A stretch of 64,000 bases of DNA. Source: Pseudomonadota bacterium (GTDB lineage: Bacteria; Pseudomonadota; Gammaproteobacteria; SURF-13). This document shows positions 9,449-18,848 of the stretch, one piece after another. Both the position numbers and the translations under genes were made by a program. The stretch is taken from contig JBFLZV010000001.1 in assembly GCA_040756035.1 (NCBI GenBank), forward strand, positions 11,892 through 75,891, given 5' to 3'. Positions within the stretch are counted from its first letter, which is position 1; the number at the start of each line of letters is the position of its first letter. The notes beneath the pieces were generated by a model. That model did not search any database. It was not told the DNA's origin and worked only from the letters and a program-made list of their open reading frames with translations.

Positions 9449-9868
9449 TCATGACTGTACGCAAGCCTTCTGTGCTTCACATAATGCGCAAAGGCGGCAG
9501 AGGCTGAGGTTCTTAAGATGCGCGCCAATAAGCATGGCGCTGGCGGAAAGGGTGAATGGCGTTTCCCAAAGCTCACCCACCATCTCGCCGGCGGCGAAAG
9601 CGGCGAACGCCAGAATAACCCAGCTCAGCAGCGCAACAGCGAGCACCCAAAGCCTGCCGTGCCGCCGGTACCCTGGTATGAAGGCGCATATCCCAGCCCC
9701 CATCAGCAGCAAAGCCAGGATTTGGTGAGTGATTTCCTGTGCCAGAAATCCAAGGCCAAGCCCGGGCAGAAATATCACACTGACCGGCAGCATCAGGCAA
9801 TGCGCCACGCACAGGCCGGAGGCGGAAATGCCCATTCTGTCCCAGTGTGGAACGTATGTTGTAAACAT
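9449..9868 (-). CDS. MerC domain membrane protein
   Basis: DRMGISASGLCVAHCL, GYRRH, AHLKN motifs; four TM segments; RBS before ATG 9868. Confidence 0.82.
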   Translation of the reverse strand: MFTTYVPHWDRMGISASGLCVAHCLMLPVSVIFLPGLGLGFLAQEITHQILALLLMGAGICAFIPGYRRHGRLWVLAVALLSWVILAFAAFAAGEMVGELWETPFTLSASAMLIGAHLKNLSLCRLCALCEAQKACVQS

Positions 9869-9935
9869 TTTTATTTCCTTCCTTAGCTGATTTTCCCGGT
9901 TGGAATTCAGGGTTGCTTCAGCACTGGTTTTACAT

Positions 9936-9952
9936 ATGCAACATAGTTGCAT
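9936..9952. promoter_or_regulatory. Putative operator of the Zur-like regulator
   Basis: Perfect palindrome ATGCAAC-ATA-GTTGCAT upstream of the MerC-like gene; near-identical site at 10527. Confidence 0.7.
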
Positions 9953-9973
9953 TTTAGGACAACACAATAGGGT

Positions 9974-10477
9974 TCATTTACCCAGCGTTTGGGGGTGGTT
10001 CGCCAGCCTGCGCGGCGGCTTCCTGTTGGCGGAAAGCTTGTGCAGCTTGTTTCCAGGTAAACATTGAGCACACAGGCCCTTGACGGTCAATTCAAACCGC
10101 TGCGCACTGTAACCCGGCGGCAGCTTAACCGAACAGGAGCCGCCCGTGTCCTTGAGGCAAAATACCCTGCAACAGCAGTTGCACTTGAAATGCGCGTGCT
10201 GTCCGGCATGCTCCTCATCCGCCACGTTAAACCGCCACACCCGATCATCGCCTGGAATCTTGTGGGCAAGGCGTTGGCGGGTCAGCCATTCCAGCACGCG
10301 GTATACGGTAACCCGGTCAATAGCGTGGGCCCGGCCAAGGCGGCTTTCTATTTCATGGTGAGTCAACGCGCGCCCAGCCTCCAACAAAGCCGCCAGCACC
10401 TGAACGCGCGCCGTTGTCACCCGTGCGCCCGTATGGCGAATCATGTCTTCAGCGGTGCTGGAAAACAGGGTGGTCAT
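9974..10477 (-). CDS. zur: Fur-family transcriptional regulator (Zur-like)
   Basis: RVTTAR, DRVTVYRVLEWL HTH, HAHFKCxxC and C-terminal CxxC; adjacent to Zn uptake genes. Confidence 0.8.
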   Translation of the reverse strand: MTTLFSSTAEDMIRHTGARVTTARVQVLAALLEAGRALTHHEIESRLGRAHAIDRVTVYRVLEWLTRQRLAHKIPGDDRVWRFNVADEEHAGQHAHFKCNCCCRVFCLKDTGGSCSVKLPPGYSAQRFELTVKGLCAQCLPGNKLHKLSANRKPPRRLANHPQTLGK

Positions 10478-10526
10478 ATTTGCAATTCGGTTCCCTCGTT
10501 TCTATTTCAGCATGGATCATCGTGTT

Positions 10527-10543
10527 ATGCAACTCTATTGCAT
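10527..10543. promoter_or_regulatory. Putative operator of the Zur-like regulator in the divergent promoter
   Basis: ATGCAAC-TCT-ATTGCAT, one mismatch from the perfect palindrome at 9936. Confidence 0.68.
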
Positions 10544-10619
10544 TTAGAGCGGACGCCGGTTATCATGCCGCCGAAGCGCCACTCATGCTATTGCAGCAAA
10601 AACCTTTGAGATCGAGCCC

Positions 10620-10925
10620 TTGATGCGCACACGTCTCTACGGCGATCGTCCTCGCCCCGGCAGGCTGCTGAGCCTGCTGCTGGTCTTTTTGCTGCTGTTC
10701 GCGGCGGCGCATGTCAGCCAGCACGACCTGGTGGAGGGCGGCGGCGGCCCCGCCGGCCACAGCGAATGCCAGCTCAGTCACGCGCCGGGCGCGCTGTTAT
10801 GCGCGTCCTCTTCGGCTACCCTGCTGTTTATTCTTGTCTTCGTCGTAACCTTGACCGGCGCCGCGTCTTACACTCAAACCTCGCTGCGCCTCTCGCCCAT
10901 CCGCGCTCCTCCCTCACTGTCCTGA
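10620..10925 (+). CDS. DUF2946/CruR-like leader protein with C-terminal RAPP motif
   Basis: Hydrophobic N-terminal helix, HVSQH, HSECQLSH, ends IRAPPSLS*; first gene of the metal uptake operon. Confidence 0.72.
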   Translation: MMRTRLYGDRPRPGRLLSLLLVFLLLFAAAHVSQHDLVEGGGGPAGHSECQLSHAPGALLCASSSATLLFILVFVVTLTGAASYTQTSLRLSPIRAPPSLS

Positions 10926-11016
10926 TCTTTTTTCATCGGTAGTTCGCTGCCGTAGCGCATCGTAATTGGGTGCGCTGTGGCTTTTGTTTTTGACCGGATA
11001 GAGACAGGAGTCATCC

Positions 11017-12339
11017 ATGTTGACCAGATTCACCCGTTACTCGCGGGCGGCTGCGGCCGCCTGCCTGCTTGGTTATTCAGGCGTTCTGCTCGCCGACGAC
11101 GCCGAGGCAATGCAGCAACGCCTGCAGCAACTTGAACAGGAAATAAAGGCTTTAAAACAGAGCATCAGCGCCATGCAGGACGCCACCCAGCAACAACCTC
11201 ACCTGCCTGCGCCAGTTTCTACCGCCGCGCCGCCTGGCGGTCATAGCCCCATCCAGATAGGGCTGAGCAGCCTGGTCACCGCCGGCGGATCGAGTGTGGA
11301 CAACGAGGCTTTGGAAGGACTGCAAGCCGGCGCGCACGATCCCAATCGCAACGGCTTCACGGTGCAGAACGTGGAGCTGACCCTGAGCGGCGCGGTGGAC
11401 CCTTACTTCGACGCGCAGGCCAGCCTCATCTTCCAGATTGACGCGGGCGGCGAGACCAAGGTCGAACTGGAGGAGGCCTTTTTCACCACGCGCGGCCTGC
11501 CTGCGGGATTGCAGGTCAAGGGCGGGCAGTACTTCACCGAGTTTGGCCGTCATAACCAGCAGCATCCGCATAGCTGGGCCTTCGTGGATCAACCGCTGGT
11601 GCTGTCGCGTCTGTTCGGCGGCGACGGCCTGCGCAGTCAGGGCGCGCGTATTTCCTGGCTCACACCCCTGCCGTGGTATTCAGAATTGTACGTTGGTGCA
11701 CAGAACGCCAGCGGTGAAACGGCAACCAGCTTCTTGTATGAGAAGGACAAAACCGTCGGCGGCCACACACTGCTGGATCGCGATGCGCGCGATCTCGGCG
11801 ACCTGCTGTATTCGGCGCGCTGGCTGAATGGCGTGGATTTATCTGATACCGTGTCCATGAACCTGGGTCTTTCCGGACTGCGGGGGCCGAACGCCAGCGG
11901 GCTTAATACCGACACCACGATCTATGGCGCCGATCTGTATTTGAAATGGCAGCCCTCGCACAGCCAGCGCGGCTTTCCCTTTGTATCCTGGCATAGCGAG
12001 GTGTTGGAGCGGCGCTATGAAACGCCTGACGCCAAACTCAAGGACTGGGGCGGGTTCACGCAGGCGCTGTGGGGCTTCACGCCCGGCTGGGTGGTGGGCC
12101 TGCGCATGGAGTATGCCGAGGGCAGCGGCGGCAAGGCCGGCTATGACATCAGCACTGATGCCTTGCGCGATAACCGCACGCGCCTGTCGCCCAACCTGAC
12201 CTGGTATCCCACCGAGTACAGCAAGCTGCGCCTGCAATACAACCGCGACTGGACCGAGCATCTTGCGGAGAAGGACGCCCATGCGTTGTGGTTGCAATTC
12301 GAGTACAGCCTGGGTGCGCACGCCGCGCATACTTTTTAG
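11017..12339 (+). CDS. Zinc-regulated outer membrane beta-barrel receptor/porin
   Basis: Signal peptide, coiled coil, AVDPYF, ELEEAF, FGRHNQQHPHSWAFVDQP, C-terminal LGAHAAHTF. Confidence 0.82.
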   Translation: MLTRFTRYSRAAAAACLLGYSGVLLADDAEAMQQRLQQLEQEIKALKQSISAMQDATQQQPHLPAPVSTAAPPGGHSPIQIGLSSLVTAGGSSVDNEALEGLQAGAHDPNRNGFTVQNVELTLSGAVDPYFDAQASLIFQIDAGGETKVELEEAFFTTRGLPAGLQVKGGQYFTEFGRHNQQHPHSWAFVDQPLVLSRLFGGDGLRSQGARISWLTPLPWYSELYVGAQNASGETATSFLYEKDKTVGGHTLLDRDARDLGDLLYSARWLNGVDLSDTVSMNLGLSGLRGPNASGLNTDTTIYGADLYLKWQPSHSQRGFPFVSWHSEVLERRYETPDAKLKDWGGFTQALWGFTPGWVVGLRMEYAEGSGGKAGYDISTDALRDNRTRLSPNLTWYPTEYSKLRLQYNRDWTEHLAEKDAHALWLQFEYSLGAHAAHTF

Positions 12340-12348
12340 GAGCGCGCC

Positions 12349-13260
12349 ATGCAATCTATTTGTAAACTTGTCTTAGCCATCGCCCTGTCGGCGCTGCCGC
12401 TGCTTTCCCAGGCCACGCTCAAGGTGGCGGCCACCACGCAGGATCTGGCCGCCATCGCGCAAGAGCTGGGTGGAGACCGGGTGGAGGCGATCAGCCTCAC
12501 CCTGGGCACGCGCGACCCGCACTACGCCGAGGCCAAGCCCAGCATGATCCGTGAGGTCCATGACGCCGACCTGCTGCTGCTGGTCGGGGCCGATCTGGAA
12601 ATCGGCTGGCTGCCGCCGCTGTTGCAGGCGGCGCGCAATCCGCGCGTGCTGCCCGGCAGCGCGGGTTATCTCGATCTTTCCCGCACAGTGCCGCTGCTGG
12701 GGGTGCCCAGCGCGCCGGTGGCGCGCGCCATGGGCGACGTGCACGCCCAAGGCAATCCCCACTACTGGCTGAATCCGGCCAACGGGCTGCGCATGGCGCA
12801 GGCCATAGCCGCGCGCCTCGCCGCGCTGGATGGCGCGCATGCGGCGGACTACCAAGCCAGGCTGACAAACTTTGAGCAACGGTTGCAGGCTAAAATCACG
12901 GCGTGGCAAGCGGCGCTCGCGCCGCTCAAGGGCAAGCCGGTGATCGCCTACCACGACTCGTTCCCGTATCTCGCCGACGCCTTTGGCTTGCACATCGTCG
13001 CTCATGTGGAACCAGTGCCCGGCATCGCGCCCGGTCCAGCCCACCTGCAAAAGCTGGTGGCGCGCATCAAGTCGGAGCAGGTAGGATTGCTGATCATGGA
13101 ACCTTACTACGAACGGCGCTCGGCGAATTATCTCGCCGAACAAACCGGCATCAAGATCGCCGTGTTGCCGCAGTCGGTCGGGAGCGCGCCGCAGATCATG
13201 ACGTACTTCGATCTGTTCGACGCCATCGTCGCCGCGTTGCAAAAGGCCGGGGCGCTTTGA
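12349..13260 (+). CDS. Zn/Mn ABC transporter substrate-binding protein (ZnuA/TroA family)
   Basis: DPHYAEAKPS, GDVHAQGNPHYWL, YHDSFPY motifs; signal peptide. Confidence 0.9.
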   Translation: MQSICKLVLAIALSALPLLSQATLKVAATTQDLAAIAQELGGDRVEAISLTLGTRDPHYAEAKPSMIREVHDADLLLLVGADLEIGWLPPLLQAARNPRVLPGSAGYLDLSRTVPLLGVPSAPVARAMGDVHAQGNPHYWLNPANGLRMAQAIAARLAALDGAHAADYQARLTNFEQRLQAKITAWQAALAPLKGKPVIAYHDSFPYLADAFGLHIVAHVEPVPGIAPGPAHLQKLVARIKSEQVGLLIMEPYYERRSANYLAEQTGIKIAVLPQSVGSAPQIMTYFDLFDAIVAALQKAGAL

Positions 13261-13261
13261 G

Positions 13262-14074
13262 GTGGAAGGCTGGATGATTCTACTGCCGGCTTGCGCCTTA
13301 AGCGTGCTGCTTATTCTCACCCACACCTATCTGGGGCTGCACGTGCTGGCGCGCGGCGTCATCTTTGTGGATCTCGCCCTGGCCCAGGTCGCGGCGCTGG
13401 GCGCGAGCCTGGCGTTTCTGCTCGGCCACGATCCCCACGGCGGCGCGGCCCTGGCGTACGCCTTCGGCGCGGCGCTGCTCGCCTCGCTGGGCTGCGCCTG
13501 GCTGGGCAGGATAGCGGACGTCACCACGCGCGAGGTCGCCATCGGCTGTGTGTACGTGGTGGCCAGCGCCTTATCCATATTGATTTTGAGCCGCTCCAGC
13601 GTGGGTATGGAAGAATTGAAAACCCTGCTCAACGGCAACATCCTGTGGGTACGCTGGCAGGAAGTCGGCGTGATCGCCGCCGTCTACTCTTTATTAATCG
13701 CGGCGCAGATCATGTTGCGCAAGCGCAATGCAGTGCTGGCGTTCGGCAAGCAGACTGCGTTCGGGCGCGAGCTGCTGTTCTTCATGGCGTTTGCCGTGGT
13801 CATCACGCTCGCGGTGCAGATCGCCGGCGTGCTGCTGGTGTTCGCCCTGCTGATTATCCCCGCCTTCAGCGCCACGCTGCTGACCGCGACACCGGCGCTG
13901 CGGCTGACGCTGGGTTATCTGCTGGGCCTAACCGGCAGCATCACCGGCTTGTGGCTCTCCTATGCGGCGGACTTCCCCACCGGCACCACGATGGTGGCGG
14001 TGCTGGGCCTGCTGCCGCTGCTGGCGCTCGCCCTGCGGCCACTGGCGGCACGCAGCCTGGGTGGAATGAAATGA
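13262..14074 (+). CDS. Metal ABC transporter permease (ZnuB/ABC-3 family)
   Basis: HTYLGLHVLARGVIFVDLALAQ, GVLLVFALLIIPA; multi-TM. Confidence 0.88.
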   Translation: MEGWMILLPACALSVLLILTHTYLGLHVLARGVIFVDLALAQVAALGASLAFLLGHDPHGGAALAYAFGAALLASLGCAWLGRIADVTTREVAIGCVYVVASALSILILSRSSVGMEELKTLLNGNILWVRWQEVGVIAAVYSLLIAAQIMLRKRNAVLAFGKQTAFGRELLFFMAFAVVITLAVQIAGVLLVFALLIIPAFSATLLTATPALRLTLGYLLGLTGSITGLWLSYAADFPTGTTMVAVLGLLPLLALALRPLAARSLGGMK

Positions 14075-14125
14075 AACCCAGGGTAATACATCCCGGAGTC
14101 CATGTTGTTTCATCCAGGCTGCTTG

Positions 14126-15460
14126 CTAATAATGTACGTGTTCGGCGTCTGTTTCAGACTCATCCTTATAAAGCGGCCACAATAAATGCGCGTCGAGCAG
14201 CAGGCGGTAACGCGTTTCGCGCGCATTGAGCTGCGCCAGCGCGGCGGCGAGGACGGTTTCCAGAGCCAGGCGGCGGGCGTTGAGTGTGTCGCTCAAGCTT
14301 GCTTCGCCCAGGCTGTAGGCGCGCGCCATGAGTCCGGCGTTGCGCTGCATGGCGTCCGCCGCCGCTTGCGCGCTTTGCCAGGCCTCGTAGGCGCTGGCGG
14401 CGGCTGCGTAGGTGTTGATGATCTCGGCGTTGAGGCGGCGCAATGTTTCGGCCTCTTTTTGCGCGGCGATGGAGGATTGCGCGAGCGCGGCGGACTGCGC
14501 GGCGGCGCGCGCCTCGCCCGCCAGCGGGATGGATAAGAATAATCCCGTGACCTGTTCCGCGCCTCCTCTTTCCGAGGTGGTGTTGAGCCCCACGGTCGGA
14601 TCGGGGGTGCGATCCGCGCTGGAGCGGTTGAGGTGCAGTTGCGCACGTTCCACCTCGCCTCGCATCAGCGCCAGTTCATGGTTGTGCTCCAGTATGCGTG
14701 TGCGCCAGTCCTCCAGTTCCTCTTGCAACGGTTCCGGCTCCACAAAAACCGGATTGTCCGGCAGCGTAAGTCCGGGATAACGCTGTTTGAGATCGGTGGC
14801 CGCCATCTGCGCGCGCAGTTCGGCCTGCTTGAGCGCGTATACGGCTTGCGCCAGCGCCGCCTCGCTGAGCGAACGTTCCAGCGCCGGAGCGTCACCGGCC
14901 GCGATGCGCTTGTTCACGATGGTCAGTTGCTCCTTGAGCACTGCCGTTTGCTCTTGCCACTGCTTGACTTGCGCGTGTTCTTGCAGCCAGGTAAACCAAT
15001 AGCGCAGCAAGCTGCGTCCGGATTCATGCAAGGCATCGCCCAGGGCGAGCCGCGCCTGACGCACGCCTTGCGTGCCCAACTGCTGATCTATCCTGGCCTT
15101 GCCGGGCAGACGCAGGCTGCGCTCCAACGCCGCCTCCCATTCATTGAAATTGCCATCGTTGTCCACGCTGCGCTGCCTGGCGCCCAGTTTCGCATTGAAC
15201 TCATACGGCCCGGCGTTGAGGCTGCGTGCGTTGGCCTGCTCCAGCTCGATGCCCGCCTCCGCCGCCTTGACCTGCGGGCTGTTCGCCATTACCTCGGTCA
15301 CCACATTGAGCGGCGGCAAATCGGGGTGATCGGTCGCTCCCGGCATCCTGCCTCCCACGACACTAGTACGCCCCTGTACGTCGGCGAACGGCTCTTGCTC
15401 CAAGGGTGCGGCCATGGCGCATGCGGTAAAAAAACTCACCAGCCAAAGGATGTGCTTCAC
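14126..15460 (-). CDS. TolC/CzcC-family outer membrane efflux protein
   Basis: Signal peptide, helical OEP repeats (RIAAGDAP, AYSLGE); last gene of the RND operon. Confidence 0.85.
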   Translation of the reverse strand: MKHILWLVSFFTACAMAAPLEQEPFADVQGRTSVVGGRMPGATDHPDLPPLNVVTEVMANSPQVKAAEAGIELEQANARSLNAGPYEFNAKLGARQRSVDNDGNFNEWEAALERSLRLPGKARIDQQLGTQGVRQARLALGDALHESGRSLLRYWFTWLQEHAQVKQWQEQTAVLKEQLTIVNKRIAAGDAPALERSLSEAALAQAVYALKQAELRAQMAATDLKQRYPGLTLPDNPVFVEPEPLQEELEDWRTRILEHNHELALMRGEVERAQLHLNRSSADRTPDPTVGLNTTSERGGAEQVTGLFLSIPLAGEARAAAQSAALAQSSIAAQKEAETLRRLNAEIINTYAAAASAYEAWQSAQAAADAMQRNAGLMARAYSLGEASLSDTLNARRLALETVLAAALAQLNARETRYRLLLDAHLLWPLYKDESETDAEHVHY

Positions 15461-15768
15461 AGGAAACTCCCAAACTCCGTAACCGGAGTCATGTAATAGA
15501 CGATATTGGTGCGCGGCAGCACCTGCTTGATATCCCGCAGCAAGGTTTGCGTATCGGCATGATGCATGGTGATTTTCATCTCTACCCGGTGTGCACGGCC
15601 GCGCACTTTTTCGGCCATGCTCTGATAGGCGACATTGCGCCCGTGACCCTCCACCTCGGAGGTAATGAATCCACCAGCAAGCGCTTCGTGCTCAAGCAGC
15701 AAGTCCAGCAGATTTTCTTCCAGCGCCTTGGGGACAATCAGCGTCAAACAACAATCGGGCGGGTTCAT
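15457..15768 (-). CDS. DUF3240 family (PII-like fold) protein
   Basis: LTLIVPKALEENLLDLLL, GHG...SMAEKVRGR, PVTEFG; sits between czcA and tolC; start ATG 15768. Confidence 0.8.
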   Translation of the reverse strand: MNPPDCCLTLIVPKALEENLLDLLLEHEALAGGFITSEVEGHGRNVAYQSMAEKVRGRAHRVEMKITMHHADTQTLLRDIKQVLPRTNIVYYMTPVTEFGSFL

Positions 15769-15770
15769 TT

Positions 15771-18700
15771 TCAGGCCTCCTTCGGGCTTATGCCAAAGCG
15801 GCGATAGAGAATGGGCAGCAGGATCAGCGTCAGCAGCGTGGCGCTTACCAGACCTCCGATCACCACAATCGCCAAAGGTTTTTGAATTTCCGATCCGGGG
15901 CCGCTGGCGAACAGCAGCGGCGCCAGGCCGAACGCGGCGATGCTCGCGGTCATCAGCACCGGACGTAGACGCCGCTTGGCGCCCTCCACCACTAGATACT
16001 CGAGCGCCATGCCCTGCGCGCGCAGTTGGTTGAAATACGTGACCATCACCACGCCGTTCAGTACGGCGATACCGAGCAGGGCGATAAAGCCCACCGAGGC
16101 AGGTACGGACAGATATTCCCCAGATAGCCACAGCGCGAACACACCGCCGACCATGGCGAACGGAATATTGGTAAGCACCAGCACCGCTTGGCGCACGGAG
16201 CCGAAGGTGGCGAACAACACCAGGAAAATCAGCCCCAACGCGACCGGCACCACGATGGTCAAGCGCGCGGCGGCGCGTTGCTGGTTTTCAAATTGCCCGC
16301 CCCAGCTCAGCCGGTAACCGTCGGGTAATTTCACGCGCTCACCCACCGCCCGTCGGGCCTCTTCCACAAAGCCGACCAGATCGCGGCCCTGCACATTGGA
16401 GAGCGTCACGGCCATGCGCGCGCCGTTTTCACGGTCTATCTTGACCGGCCCGTCCACGCGCTGCAAGTTGGCCACGGTGGAGATCGGGACATTCCCGCCA
16501 TTGGGCAAAGCCAGGGTCAGCTGGGAAAACAGGGTCGGCGAGGTGCGCACGCTATCCTCACCGCGCAGCAACACCGGCGTGCGCCGCGCCCCTTCCAGCA
16601 CCACGCCCAAGGTCTTGCCTTCCAGTTGCGAGCGCAGCGCCTCGCCGATGTCATCCACGTTCAGGCCCATGCGCCCGGCGGCGAGCCGGTCAATCCCGAC
16701 CGTAAGGTATTGCACACCCTCATTCTGCACCGTGTACACGTCCTGGCTGCCGCGGATGGTCTTCAGCACTGTCTCGATCTCCGTCGCCAAGCGGTTAAGG
16801 ACGGCGAGATCCGGCCCGAACACCTTCACCGCGATATCGCCGCGCACGCCGATAATCATCTCTTGCACGCGCATGTCTATCGGCTGGGTGAAGCTGTAGG
16901 AAATGCCGGGTAGTTGATCGAGCACCTTACGCAGTTCATCTTTCAGCCATTCCTTGTCAGGTTCGCGCCACTCGCTGCGTGGCTTGGTCTGTAGATAGGT
17001 GTCAGTCTGATTCAGTCCCATCGGATCGAGGCCCAGCTCATCTGCTCCGGCGCGCGCCACGATGCCGGTTACTTCCGGCACCCGGCCCATGATCGCCTGA
17101 TGTATTTTCAAATCCAGCGCGGCGGTTTGTTCCAGGCTGATGGACGGCAGTTTCTCGATGCCGACGATGAGATCACCCTCATCCATTTCCGGCATGAAGG
17201 TCTTGCCGGTTTGCGTGTAAACAAAAACAGTCAACAGCAATGCCACGCCGGCTGCCGTCACAACGGTTTTTACGTGATTCAAGGACCAGCGCAACACCGG
17301 CTCATACAGCGCGTTGGCCTTGCGCACCAGCCATGGCTCATTATGCGTAACCCGTTTCAGCAGGAACGAGGCGAGCACCGGAATAATCGTGAGCGAGAGC
17401 ACCAGCGAACCGGACAGGGCGAACACGATGGTCAATGCCACCGGAATGAACAGCTTGCCCTCCAAGCCTTGCAGTGTGAGCAGCGGCAGGAACACGATGA
17501 TGATAATCAGAATACCGGCGGTCACGGGTGTCGCCACCTCGCGCACCGCGCGGTAAATCACGTGCAGACGCGGCAGCTTCGCGGCGCTCTTGTCGTGCGC
17601 CAAGTGCGAGACGGTGTTTTCCACCACCACCACCGCCGCATCCACCAGCATGCCGATGGCAATCGCCAAGCCGCCCAGGCTCATCAGATTGGCCGACATG
17701 CCGAACAAACGCATCATGATAAAAGTAACCAGCGCCGCCAGCGGCAAGGTCAGCGCCACCACCAGGGCAGCGCGAAGATTGCCGAGAAACAAGATGAGCA
17801 GGATGACCACCAGCACGATGGCCTCCAATAAAGCCTCGGAGACCGTGCCGACCGCGCGCTCCACCAGACTGCCGCGATCATAAAACACTTCGGTCTTCAC
17901 GCCTTTGGGAAGCGCGGGCGCAAGCTCCGCGAGCTTCGCGCGCACACCCTCCACCACTTGCTGCGCGTTCGCGCCGCGCAGGCCCAGCACCAGGCCCTGC
18001 ACCGCCTCCCCCTTGCCGTCCTTGGTGACTACGCCGTAGCGCGTGAGACTGCCGATGCGCACCTCGGCTACATCGCCCACGCGCACCGGCATACCGTCGC
18101 GGCTGGCGATGACGATGGCGCGCAAGTCGTCCAGCGTCTTGATCGTGCCCTCGGTGCGCACCAGCAACACCTCTTCGCCGTCGGTGAGACGTCCCGCGCC
18201 GTCGTTGCGGTTATTGGTTTCCAGCGCCGCCTGCAATTCATCCAGGCCAATGCCACGCGCGCGCAACGCCATGTTGTCCGGCACAACCTCGAAGCTGCGC
18301 ACCAGCCCGCCCAGCGCGTTGACATCGGCCACGCCCGGCAAGGTGCGCAGCGCCGGGCGGATCACCCAGTCCAATAGGCTGCGGCGCTCCATGAGCGAGA
18401 GATCGCCGCCCTCGATGGTGAACATGAACATCTCGCCGAGCGGCGTGGTGATCGGCGCGAGGCCGCCGGAAATACCGGAGGGAAGATCGCCGGCGATGTT
18501 GTTGTAGCGCTCCGCAACCTGTTGCCGCGCCCAGTAGATATCGGTGCCGTCTTCGAAGTCGAGGGTGATGTCGGTCAGCCCGTATTTGGTCACCGAGCGC
18601 AGGATTTTCTGGTTCGGGATCCCGATCATCTCCACCTCAATGGGCGCAGTGATGCGCGCCTCCACCTCTTCCGGTGTCATGCCGGGGGCCTTGATGATAA

Positions 18701-18848
18701 CCTTGACCTGTGTGGACGAGACGTCGGGAAAGGCGTCTATGGGTAGGCCCTTGAAGGCGTAGCCGCCGCCCGCGATGAGCAGCAGCATGAGTAGCAACAT
18801 CAGCAAACGTTGCGTCAGGGCGAATTCGACAAGGCGTGTCAACATCAT
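15771..18848 (-). CDS. czcA: CusA/CzcA heavy-metal efflux RND transporter
   Basis: LPIDAFPDV, ANLMSLGG, GMLVDAAVVVVEN, RLRPVLMTA; 1025 aa. Confidence 0.95.
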   Translation of the reverse strand: MMLTRLVEFALTQRLLMLLLMLLLIAGGGYAFKGLPIDAFPDVSSTQVKVIIKAPGMTPEEVEARITAPIEVEMIGIPNQKILRSVTKYGLTDITLDFEDGTDIYWARQQVAERYNNIAGDLPSGISGGLAPITTPLGEMFMFTIEGGDLSLMERRSLLDWVIRPALRTLPGVADVNALGGLVRSFEVVPDNMALRARGIGLDELQAALETNNRNDGAGRLTDGEEVLLVRTEGTIKTLDDLRAIVIASRDGMPVRVGDVAEVRIGSLTRYGVVTKDGKGEAVQGLVLGLRGANAQQVVEGVRAKLAELAPALPKGVKTEVFYDRGSLVERAVGTVSEALLEAIVLVVILLILFLGNLRAALVVALTLPLAALVTFIMMRLFGMSANLMSLGGLAIAIGMLVDAAVVVVENTVSHLAHDKSAAKLPRLHVIYRAVREVATPVTAGILIIIIVFLPLLTLQGLEGKLFIPVALTIVFALSGSLVLSLTIIPVLASFLLKRVTHNEPWLVRKANALYEPVLRWSLNHVKTVVTAAGVALLLTVFVYTQTGKTFMPEMDEGDLIVGIEKLPSISLEQTAALDLKIHQAIMGRVPEVTGIVARAGADELGLDPMGLNQTDTYLQTKPRSEWREPDKEWLKDELRKVLDQLPGISYSFTQPIDMRVQEMIIGVRGDIAVKVFGPDLAVLNRLATEIETVLKTIRGSQDVYTVQNEGVQYLTVGIDRLAAGRMGLNVDDIGEALRSQLEGKTLGVVLEGARRTPVLLRGEDSVRTSPTLFSQLTLALPNGGNVPISTVANLQRVDGPVKIDRENGARMAVTLSNVQGRDLVGFVEEARRAVGERVKLPDGYRLSWGGQFENQQRAAARLTIVVPVALGLIFLVLFATFGSVRQAVLVLTNIPFAMVGGVFALWLSGEYLSVPASVGFIALLGIAVLNGVVMVTYFNQLRAQGMALEYLVVEGAKRRLRPVLMTASIAAFGLAPLLFASGPGSEIQKPLAIVVIGGLVSATLLTLILLPILYRRFGISPKEA

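Noticed and set aside
12373-14229. Long alternative-frame ORFs (317 aa, 312 aa) and similar shadow ORFs across the window
   Set aside because: They overlap well-supported genes and have the Arg/Ala/Gly-rich composition expected from GC-rich off-frames.
15769-16131. 224-aa version of the DUF3240 ORF
   Set aside because: The extension overlaps czcA; the recognisable domain begins at ATG 15768.
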